UHGV virus genome: UHGV-0375912
Origin: a virus
Length of the DNA stretch: 24,417 bases
Direction: 5' to 3' (one strand)
The position numbers and the translations under genes are program-made. The notes beneath the pieces were generated by a model. It searched no databases. It saw nothing but the letters and a program-made list of their open reading frames with translations, and had not been told where the DNA came from. Position 1 is the stretch's first letter. Each line of letters starts with the position of its first letter. Shown here piece after piece: positions 17,231 through 24,417 of this stretch.

Positions 17231-17742
17231 GCTGCCCTTACAATGTAGTTAAATGCAATGTTACGTGGCCTTGTTTCTGCTGATGTTCTTGCACTCCTGG
17301 ATAAATCAAGTGTCACACCATAGTAACTAAATGCATTACCAGTTGATGGAGCGGCATATTTAACCCCAGAACTAGAACCAACATTAAAAACTCCAGATGC
17401 TGAGGAAGCTGACCCCATAGTGTTATCAATCAGAGAACCCGTAACATTTTGCATAGCGTCAAGTTGTTCGCTTAATAAAGCGCGTCCACTATCAACATCA
17501 CGCCCGTCATCCCAGCCACGAATAAATTCACCTCGTAAATCAGGCAATTTATTTGTCGGATAAGCCTTTGCCAGTTCCGGGTATTCTTCAGCAGAAAAAA
17601 ACGCACCGTTGCATTTCAGCCAGCCTGTTGGCGGAGTGGTGGAAGGCCACGGAACAGGCACGCCAACGGGTAATGCCGAACCTTCTCCCAAACCAACGTT
17701 TAAGAAAATGCAGAGATTACGGCTAACATGATAGTCACTCAT
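17227..17742 (-). CDS. Alternative tail fibre variable tip (inverted cassette); as called, fused in frame to an inverted copy of the FI start codon and RBS
   Basis: Fibre-tip-like sequence (PVPWPSTTPPTGWLKCNGAFFSAEEYPELAKAYP...RGEFIRGWDDGRD); the variable part begins at site 2 (LNVGLGE), but the ORF starts at ATG 17742 (MSDYH) preceded by GGAG. Confidence 0.6.
   Translation of the reverse strand: MSDYHVSRNLCIFLNVGLGEGSALPVGVPVPWPSTTPPTGWLKCNGAFFSAEEYPELAKAYPTNKLPDLRGEFIRGWDDGRDVDSGRALLSEQLDAMQNVTGSLIDNTMGSASSASGVFNVGSSSGVKYAAPSTGNAFSYYGVTLDLSRSARTSAETRPRNIAFNYIVRAA
17683..17708. repeat. Inversion crossover site 2 (TTCTCCCAAACC-AA-CGTTTAAGAAAA)
   Basis: hix/gix-like 26-bp site in inverted orientation to site 1; shares 17 bp (TTGGTTTGGGAGAAG region) with it. 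Confidence 0.7.
17728..17742 (-). other. Inverted copy of the FI translation start (ATGAGTGACTATCAT = MSDYH) with GGAG RBS at 17750-17753
   Basis: Reverse complement of the plus-strand 15-mer encodes the expected P2 FI N-terminus; flipping 17728-17829 joins it in frame to the FI body at 17830. Confidence 0.6.
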
Positions 17743-17829
17743 CCGTTTAACTCCGTGGTTAATGGGTGAGTGATATTTTCAGTTGTGCCGGAGATGTCAG
17801 GCTATTTGTCCCGGTTGGCTAAGGGATGA

Positions 17830-19005
17830 CACAATTTATTCTTTGTCGCTATTAACGACGGCACCCGTGTCATTTCCACCGTATCCACTGCCATTGTTGG
17901 CATGGTCTGCACGGCCAGCGATGCGGATGCGGAAACCTTCCCCCTCAATAAACCGGTGCTGATTACCAATGTGCAGAGCGCAATTGCAAAGGCCGGTAAA
18001 AAAGGCACGCTGGCGGCATCGTTGCAGGCTATCGCCGACCAGTCAAAACCGGTCACCGTTGTTGTGCGCGTGGAGGACGGCACCGGCGACGACGAAGAAA
18101 CGAAACTTGCGCAGACCGTTTCCAATATCATCGGCACCACTGACGAAAACGGTCAGTACACCGGACTGAAAGCCCTGCTGGCGGCAGAGTCGGTAACCGG
18201 TGTTAAACCGCGTATTCTTGGTGTGCCGGGACTGGATACCAAAGAGGTGGCTGTAGCACTAGCATCCGTCTGTCAGAAGCTGCGCGCTTTCGGGTATATC
18301 AGCGCATGGGGCTGTAAGACCATTTCCGAGGTGAAAGCCTACCGCCAGAATTTCAGCCAGCGTGAGCTGATGGTCATCTGGCCGGATTTCCTCGCATGGG
18401 ATACGGTCACCAGTACCACCGCCACCGCGTATGCCACCGCTCGTGCGCTGGGGCTGCGCGCTAAAATCGACCAGGAGCAGGGCTGGCATAAAACGCTGTC
18501 CAACGTCGGGGTGAACGGTGTTACCGGCATCAGCGCATCTGTATTCTGGGATTTGCAGGAGTCCGGCACCGATGCTGACCTGCTTAACGAGTCAGGCGTC
18601 ACTACGCTGATTCGCCGCGACGGTTTCCGCTTCTGGGGTAACCGTACCTGCTCTGATGACCCACTGTTTCTCTTTGAAAACTACACCCGTACCGCGCAGG
18701 TGCTGGCCGACACGATAGCTGAGGCGCACATGTGGGCGGTGGACAAGCCCATCACCGCAACGCTGATTCGCGACATCGTTGACGGCATCAATGCCAAATT
18801 CCGTGAGCTGAAAACAAACGGCTATATCGTGGATGGCTCATGCTGGTTCAGCGAAGAATCCAACGATGCGGAAACCCTCAAGGCCGGAAAACTGTATATC
18901 GACTACGACTATACACCGGTGCCTCCTCTCGAAAACCTGACCCTGCGCCAGCGTATTACCGATAAATACCTGGCGAATCTGGTCACCTCGGTTAACAGCA
19001 ATTAA
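17830..19005 (+). CDS. FI: Tail sheath protein FI; coding body without a start codon in this orientation (first in-frame ATG at 17902)
   Basis: Stop-free frame from 17830 encodes [24 protein letters not shown] before Met 17902, matching P2 FI residues 6-29; TGA at 17827-17829 lies immediately upstream. Confidence 0.85.
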   Translation, partial: [391 protein letters not shown]

Positions 19006-19017
19006 GGAGCCTGACCG

Positions 19018-19536
19018 ATGGCAATGCCGCGCAAACTCAAGTTAATGAACGTCTTTCTGAACGGCTACAGCTATCAGGGCGTCGCGAAGTCCGTCACGCT
19101 ACCAAAACTGACCCGTAAGCTCGAAAACTATCGCGGTGCGGGGATGAACGGCAGCGCACCGGTAGACCTCGGCCTTGATGACGATGCGCTGTCAATGGAG
19201 TGGTCGCTCGGTGGCTTCCCGGATTCGGTTATCTGGGAGCTTTACGCCGCAACCGGTGTGGATGCCGTACCGATTCGTTTTGCAGGCTCTTACCAGCGCG
19301 ACGATACCGGCGAAACGGTGGCCGTCGAGGTGGTCATGCGTGGACGTCAGAAAGAAATCGACACCGGCGAGGGTAAACAGGGAGAAGACACCGAGTCGAA
19401 AATCTCCGTGGTCTGCACCTATTTCCTGCTGACGATGGACGGTAAGGAGCTGGTCGAAATTGACACCATCAACATGATTGAGAAGGTGAACGGCGTCGAC
19501 CGGCTGGAGCAACACCGCCGCAATATCGGCCTGTGA
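19018..19536 (+). CDS. FII: Tail tube protein FII
   Basis: 172-aa ORF following FI; P2 gene order. Confidence 0.9.
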   Translation: MAMPRKLKLMNVFLNGYSYQGVAKSVTLPKLTRKLENYRGAGMNGSAPVDLGLDDDALSMEWSLGGFPDSVIWELYAATGVDAVPIRFAGSYQRDDTGETVAVEVVMRGRQKEIDTGEGKQGEDTESKISVVCTYFLLTMDGKELVEIDTINMIEKVNGVDRLEQHRRNIGL

Positions 19537-19591
19537 TTTTCATCCGGTCAGCCAGGCTGACCGGTAACCCCGATTCAGAAGTGAGAAAACC

Positions 19592-19867
19592 ATGAACAAA
19601 GAAAATGTCATTACCCTGGACAATCCGGTCAAACGTGGTGAGCAGGTTATCGAACAGGTCACGCTGATGAAACCCAATGCCGGGACGCTGCGCGGTGTCA
19701 GTCTGGCTGCGGTTGCAAACTCCGAAGTCGATGCACTGATTAAAGTGCTGCCGCGCATGACGGCACCGATGCTGACCGAGCAGGAAGTCGCCGCGCTGGA
19801 ACTGCCTGACCTTGTGGCGCTGGCCGGTAAGGTGGTCGGTTTTTTGTCGCCGAACTCGGTGCAGTGA
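19592..19867 (+). CDS. E: Tail assembly chaperone E
   Basis: 91-aa ORF between FII and T. Confidence 0.85.
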   Translation: MNKENVITLDNPVKRGEQVIEQVTLMKPNAGTLRGVSLAAVANSEVDALIKVLPRMTAPMLTEQEVAALELPDLVALAGKVVGFLSPNSVQ

Positions 19868-20019
19868 CGTTCCCGAAAAATCTCTCGGTCGATGACCTGA
19901 TGGCGGATGTGGCAGTGATATTTCACTGGCCGCCATCAGAACTGTATCCCATGAGCCTGACCGAACTCATCACATGGCGCGAAAAGGCGCTCCGGCGAAG
20001 CGGAAACACGAATGAGTAA
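19592..20019 (+). CDS. E+E': E+E' frameshift product (programmed -1 frameshift, lambda G/GT-like)
   Basis: Slippery heptamer T_TTT_TTG at 19840-19846 in the E frame; the -1 frame is open from 19846 to TAA at 20017-20019, giving about 142 aa and overlapping the T start. Confidence 0.7.
19840..19846 (+). promoter_or_regulatory. -1 ribosomal frameshift slippery site TTTTTTG
   Basis: X_XXY_YYZ heptamer 6 codons before the E stop. Confidence 0.65.
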
Positions 20020-22459
20020 CAATGTAAAATTACAGGTATTGCTCAGGGCTGTTGACCAGGCATCCCGCCCGTTTAAATCCATCCGCACAGCGAGCAAATC
20101 GCTGTCGGGGGATATCCGGGAAACACAAAAATCACTGCGCGAGCTGAACGGTCAGGCGTCCCGTATTGAGGGATTTCGCAAGACCAGTGCACAGCTCGCC
20201 GTGACTGGTCATGCACTTGAAAAGGCACGGCAGGAGGCTGAAGCCCTTGCCACACAGTTTAAAAACACCGAACGTCCGACCCGTGCTCAGGCGAAAGTGC
20301 TGGAATCCGCAAAGCGTGCGGCGGAGGACTTACAGGCGAAATATAACCGCCTGACGGATTCCGTTAAACGCCAGCAGCGGGAACTGGCCGCTGTGGGAAT
20401 TAATACCCGCAATCTTGCACATGATGAGCAGGGACTGAAAAACCGTATCAGTGAAACCACCGCACAGCTTAACCGTCAGCGCGACGCGCTGGCGCGTGTC
20501 AGTGCGCAACAGGCAAAACTTAACGCAGTCAAACAGCGTTATCAGGCCGGAAAGGAACTGGCCGGAAATATGGCCTCGGTGGGCGCTGCCGGTGTGGGGA
20601 TTGCGGCGGCGGGAACGATGGCCGGAGTTAAGCTGCTGATGCCCGGTTATGAGTTTGCGCAGAAAAACTCAGAATTGCAGGCCGTGCTCGGAGTGGCAAA
20701 AGACTCCGCCGAAATGACCGCACTACGCAAACAGGCGCGCCAGCTCGGCGACAATACCGCCGCCTCGGCGGATGATGCGGCCGGTGCACAGATAATCATC
20801 GCGAAAGCGGGTGGGGATGTTGATGCCATTCAGGCGGCAACGCCGGTCACGCTGAATATGGCGCTGGCGAACCGCCGCACGATGGAAGAAAACGCCGCCC
20901 TGCTGATGGGGATGAAATCCGCCTTTCAGCTTTCAAACGATAAGGTCGCTCATATCGGGGATGTTCTCTCCATGACGATGAACAAAACCGCCGCCGATTT
21001 TGACGGCATGAGCGATGCGCTGACCTATGCCGCACCTGTGGCAAAAAATGCCGGTGTCAGCATTGAAGAAACCGCCGCAATGGTCGGGGCGCTGCATGAT
21101 GCAAAAATCACAGGCTCAATGGCGGGGACGGGAAGCCGTGCCGTGTTAAGCCGCCTGCAGGCACCGACGGGAAAAGCATGGGATGCACTCAAAGAGCTTG
21201 GCGTGAAAACCTCAGACAGCAAGGGAAACACCCGGCCAATATTTACCATTCTGAAAGAAATGCAGGCCAGTTTTGAGAAAAACCGGCTCGGTACTGCCCA
21301 GCAGGCTGAATACATGAAAACTATTTTCGGGGAGGAGGCCAGCTCAGCCGCCGCCGTGCTGATGACTGCCGCCTCAACCGGAAAGCTGGACAAACTGACC
21401 GCTGCGTTTAAAGCCTCAGACGGGAAGACCGCCGAGCTGGTAAATATCATGCAGGACAACCTAGGCGGTGACTTTAAAGAGTTTCAGTCCGCTTATGAGG
21501 CAGTGGGGACTGACCTGTTTGACCAGCAGGAAGGCGCGCTGCGTAAGCTCACGCAGACGGCCACAAAGTATGTGTTAAAACTCGACGGCTGGATCCAGAA
21601 AAACAAATCACTGGCGTCAACCATCGGCATCATTGCCGGTGGCGCGCTGGCGCTGACTGGCATCATCGGTGCCATTGGCCTCGTAGCCTGGCCGGTTATC
21701 ACCGGCATCAATGCCATCATCGCGGCAGCAGGCGCAATGGGGGCAGTCTTCACGACGGTTGGCAGTGCTGTTATGACCGCCATCGGGGCTATTAGCTGGC
21801 CGGTTGTGGCCGTGGTGGCCGCAATTGTCACCGGGGCGTTGCTTATCCGTAAATACTGGGAGCCTGTCAGCGCATTCTTTGGCGGTGTGGTTGAAGGGCT
21901 GAAAGTGGCATTTGCGCCGGTGGGGGAACTGTTCACGCCACTTAAGCCGGTGTTTGACTGGCTGGGTGAAAAGTTACAGGCCGCGTGGCAGTGGTTTAAA
22001 AACCTGATTGCTCCGGTCAAAGCCACTCAGGACACCCTGAACAGTTGCCGTGACACGGGGGGCATGTTCGGGCAGGCACTGGCTGACGCGCTGATGCTGC
22101 CGCTTAATGCGTTCAACAAACTGCGCAGCGGTATTGACTGGGTACTGGAAAAACTCGGTGTTATCAACAAAGAGTCAGACACACTTGACCAGACCGCCGC
22201 CAGAACTCAAGCCGCCACGTATGGCAGCGGTGGTTATATTCCGGCGACCAGCTCTTATGCAGGCTATCAGGCTTATCAGCCGGTCACGGCACCGGCTGGC
22301 CGCTCTTATGTGGACCAGAGTAAAAACGAATATCACATCAGCCTGACGGGTGGTACTGCGCCGGGGACACAGCTTGACCGCCAGTTACAGGATGCGCTCG
22401 AAAAATACGAGCGGGATAAACGTGCGCGCGCCCGTGCCAGCATGATGCATGACGGTTAA
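20012..22459 (+). CDS. T: Tail tape measure protein T
   Basis: 815-aa ORF with coiled-coil N-terminus and Gly/Ala-rich hydrophobic region; P2 gene order. Confidence 0.9.
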   Translation: MSNNVKLQVLLRAVDQASRPFKSIRTASKSLSGDIRETQKSLRELNGQASRIEGFRKTSAQLAVTGHALEKARQEAEALATQFKNTERPTRAQAKVLESAKRAAEDLQAKYNRLTDSVKRQQRELAAVGINTRNLAHDEQGLKNRISETTAQLNRQRDALARVSAQQAKLNAVKQRYQAGKELAGNMASVGAAGVGIAAAGTMAGVKLLMPGYEFAQKNSELQAVLGVAKDSAEMTALRKQARQLGDNTAASADDAAGAQIIIAKAGGDVDAIQAATPVTLNMALANRRTMEENAALLMGMKSAFQLSNDKVAHIGDVLSMTMNKTAADFDGMSDALTYAAPVAKNAGVSIEETAAMVGALHDAKITGSMAGTGSRAVLSRLQAPTGKAWDALKELGVKTSDSKGNTRPIFTILKEMQASFEKNRLGTAQQAEYMKTIFGEEASSAAAVLMTAASTGKLDKLTAAFKASDGKTAELVNIMQDNLGGDFKEFQSAYEAVGTDLFDQQEGALRKLTQTATKYVLKLDGWIQKNKSLASTIGIIAGGALALTGIIGAIGLVAWPVITGINAIIAAAGAMGAVFTTVGSAVMTAIGAISWPVVAVVAAIVTGALLIRKYWEPVSAFFGGVVEGLKVAFAPVGELFTPLKPVFDWLGEKLQAAWQWFKNLIAPVKATQDTLNSCRDTGGMFGQALADALMLPLNAFNKLRSGIDWVLEKLGVINKESDTLDQTAARTQAATYGSGGYIPATSSYAGYQAYQPVTAPAGRSYVDQSKNEYHISLTGGTAPGTQLDRQLQDALEKYERDKRARARASMMHDG

Positions 22460-22473
22460 GGAGGTGACGAAAA

Positions 22474-22953
22474 ATGATGCTCGCGTTAGGTATGTTTGTT
22501 TTTATGCGCCAGACGCTGCCACACCAGACCATGCAGCGTGAATCAGATTATCGCTGGCCGTCAAATTCCCGTATCGGTAAACGGGATGCCTACCAGTTTC
22601 TCGGTGTGGGTGAGGAAAACATGACGCTTGCCGGCGTGCTTTATCCCGAACTGACCGGCGGGAAGCTGACGATGACCACGCTCAGGCTGATGGCAGAGGA
22701 AGGCCGGGCGTGGCCGTTGCTGGATGGCACCGGCATGATTTACGGCATGTATGTCATCAGCAGGGTGAGTGAAACAGGGAGTATTTTCTTTGCAGACGGC
22801 ACACCCAGAAAAATTGATTTTACGCTGTCGCTCACCCGCGTTGATGAATCACTGGCCGCGCTTTATGGCGATATCGGTAAACAGGCGGAATCGCTCATCG
22901 GTAAAGCTGGCAGTATGGCGACCAGATTCACGGGTATGACGGGGGCGGGATAA
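22474..22953 (+). CDS. U: Tail protein U
   Basis: 159-aa ORF; P2 gene order. Confidence 0.9.
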   Translation: MMLALGMFVFMRQTLPHQTMQRESDYRWPSNSRIGKRDAYQFLGVGEENMTLAGVLYPELTGGKLTMTTLRLMAEEGRAWPLLDGTGMIYGMYVISRVSETGSIFFADGTPRKIDFTLSLTRVDESLAALYGDIGKQAESLIGKAGSMATRFTGMTGAG

Positions 22954-24116
22954 TGCTGGATGCACTGACATTTGATGCAGGCAGTACGCTGACGCCGGAT
23001 TACATGCTGATGCTCGACAGCAGGGATATTACCGGCAATATCAGCGACCGTCTGATGAGCATGACCCTGACGGATAACCGGGGCTTTGAGGCTGACCAGC
23101 TTGATATTGAACTGAACGATGCCGACGGGCAGGTCGGGCTGCCGGTTCGTGGCGCTGTCCTGACGGTGTATATCGGCTGGAAAGGTTTTGCCCTGGTATG
23201 CAAAGGGAAATTTACCGTTGATGAGGTTGAACACCGGGGCGCACCGGATGTGGTCACCATCCGCGCCCGGAGTGCAGATTTTCGCGGGACGCTCAATTCC
23301 CGCCGTGAAGGCTCATGGCATGACACCACGCTCGGTGCGATTGTTGAGGCGATAGCCTCCCGTAATAAGCTGGAAGCCAGTGTCGCGCCGTCACTGGCAG
23401 GAATTAAAATCCCGCACATCGACCAGTCGCAGGAGTCTGATGCGAAATTCCTGACCCGTCTTGCAGAACGCAACGGCGGTGAGGTGTCGGTAAAAATGGG
23501 AAAACTGTTGTTTCTCAAAGCGGGGCAGGGGGTGACGGCCAGCGGTAAAAAAATCCCGCAGATTACCATCACCCGCAGCGACGGCGACCGCCATCATTTT
23601 GCGATTGCTGACCGTGGAGCCTATACCGGCGTAACGGCAAAGTGGTTACACACCAAAGACCCGAAGCCACAAAAGCAGAAGGTAAAACTGAAACGCAAAA
23701 AGAAAGAGAAACACCTGCGCGCACTGGAGCACCCGAAAGCGAAACCAGTCACGCAGAAGAAAGCGCCAAAAGTACCGGAAGCGCGCGAAGGTGAATACAT
23801 GGCAGGTGAGGCTGACAACGTTTTTGCCCTGACCACGGTATATGCCACGAAAGCGCAGGCCATGCGCGCCGCTCAGGCGAAGTGGGATAAGCTGCAACGG
23901 GGTGTTGCGGAATTCTCCATCAGTCTGGCTACTGGTCGGGCAGATATTTATACGGAAACGCCGGTCAAAGTGTCAGGCTTTAAGCGCGTCATAGACGAGC
24001 AGGACTGGACAATCACTAAGGTGACACATTTTCTGAATAATAGCGGCTTCACGACGTCCTTAGAGCTTGAGGTCAGGCTTTCTGATGTGGAGTACGAAAC
24101 AGAAGATGATGAATGA
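22953..24116 (+). CDS. D: Tail protein D (late control gene D)
   Basis: 387-aa ORF overlapping the U stop (TAATG). Confidence 0.9.
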   Translation: MLDALTFDAGSTLTPDYMLMLDSRDITGNISDRLMSMTLTDNRGFEADQLDIELNDADGQVGLPVRGAVLTVYIGWKGFALVCKGKFTVDEVEHRGAPDVVTIRARSADFRGTLNSRREGSWHDTTLGAIVEAIASRNKLEASVAPSLAGIKIPHIDQSQESDAKFLTRLAERNGGEVSVKMGKLLFLKAGQGVTASGKKIPQITITRSDGDRHHFAIADRGAYTGVTAKWLHTKDPKPQKQKVKLKRKKKEKHLRALEHPKAKPVTQKKAPKVPEAREGEYMAGEADNVFALTTVYATKAQAMRAAQAKWDKLQRGVAEFSISLATGRADIYTETPVKVSGFKRVIDEQDWTITKVTHFLNNSGFTTSLELEVRLSDVEYETEDDE

Positions 24117-24135
24117 TGTTTTTTATTTTATCTGT

Positions 24136-24164
24136 TTGTTTTATAAGGATAAATTAACTAAAAT
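24136..24164 (+). promoter_or_regulatory. Candidate ogr promoter (TTGTTT - 17 bp - TAAAAT)
   Basis: AT-rich intergenic region between D and ogr; -35 at 24136-24141, -10 at 24159-24164. Confidence 0.35.
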
Positions 24165-24198
24165 GGCACCATCAACAAAACCGGAAGAGGTGCTCGCG

Positions 24199-24417
24199 AT
24201 GTTTCATTGTCCTTTATGCCAGCATGCCGCACATGCGCGTACAAGTCGCTATATCACTGACACGACAAAAGAGCGTTATCACCAGTGCCAGAACGTGAAT
24301 TGCAGCGCCACGTTCATCACTTATGAGTCGGTACAGCGATACATCGTGAAGCCGGGAGAAGTCCACGCCGTAAAACCGCACCCGTTGCCGTCAGGGCAGC
24401 AAATTATGTGGATGTAA
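24199..24417 (+). CDS. ogr: Late gene transcriptional activator Ogr (zinc-finger)
   Basis: 72 aa MFHCPLCQHAAHARTSRYITDTTKERYHQCQNVNCSATF... with Cys4 motif, near-identical to P2 Ogr; ORF track's upstream extension from 24067 rejected. Window ends at its stop codon. Confidence 0.95.
   Translation: MFHCPLCQHAAHARTSRYITDTTKERYHQCQNVNCSATFITYESVQRYIVKPGEVHAVKPHPLPSGQQIMWM

Larger units (their letters stand above)
15870..17696. mobile_element. Invertible tail-fibre host-range segment (Mu G / P1 C-segment type)
   Basis: Bounded by inverted 26-bp sites; contains H variable tip + G on the plus strand and an alternative tip + assembly gene on the minus strand, convergent. Confidence 0.65.

Noticed and set aside
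17709-17901. Search for a serine DNA invertase (gin/cin/pin-like) flanking the invertible segment
   Set aside because: No ORF of suitable size on either flank (H and G on one side, FI within about 120 bp on the other); any invertase must be encoded outside this window.
17802-18140. 112-aa minus-strand ORF overlapping the FI start
   Set aside because: Antisense to the conserved FI coding body; no RBS; typical spurious reverse-frame ORF.
20073-22532. Antisense and alternative-frame ORFs inside T (for example 21025-21459 and 21493-22026, minus strand)
   Set aside because: Embedded in the tape measure gene, Ala/Ser-rich low-complexity translations, no start context.

Overview
This window is a P2-like (Peduovirus) prophage of an enterobacterium, in prophage gene order. 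It runs from the rolling-circle replication gene A (281-2221), through a short cargo slot of about 0.9 kb where P2 carries tin/old, to the cos site (19-nt P2-type cohesive end at 3116-3134), then the near-complete late morphogenesis set: Q and P on the minus strand; O, N, M, L, X, the lysis cassette Y-K-lysA-lysB/lysC, R, S, V, W, J, I, H, G, FI, FII, E/E+E' (-1 frameshift), T, U, D on the plus strand; and ogr at the right edge. Protein identities are from my recollection of P2 sequences, not from a search. Three things are not explained by the standard P2 map. (1) The A-cos slot holds no tin/old-type genes but a compact module: a strongly SD-led 37-codon hydrophobic peptide ORF, a bidirectional terminator, a 15-bp perfect direct repeat on either side, and a convergent promoter. 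This is the layout of a par/Fst-like type I toxin-antitoxin locus. (2) The tail-fibre region is a Gin/Hin-type invertible cassette (H variable tip + G, and an inverted alternative tip + assembly gene) bounded by two 26-bp hix/gix-like sites, with no invertase gene nearby. (3) The tail sheath gene FI has no start codon in this orientation; its expected first five codons and a GGAG ribosome-binding site lie inverted 88 bp upstream, fused in frame to the alternative fibre tip. No tRNA, rRNA, CRISPR array, transposase or recognisable defence gene was seen.
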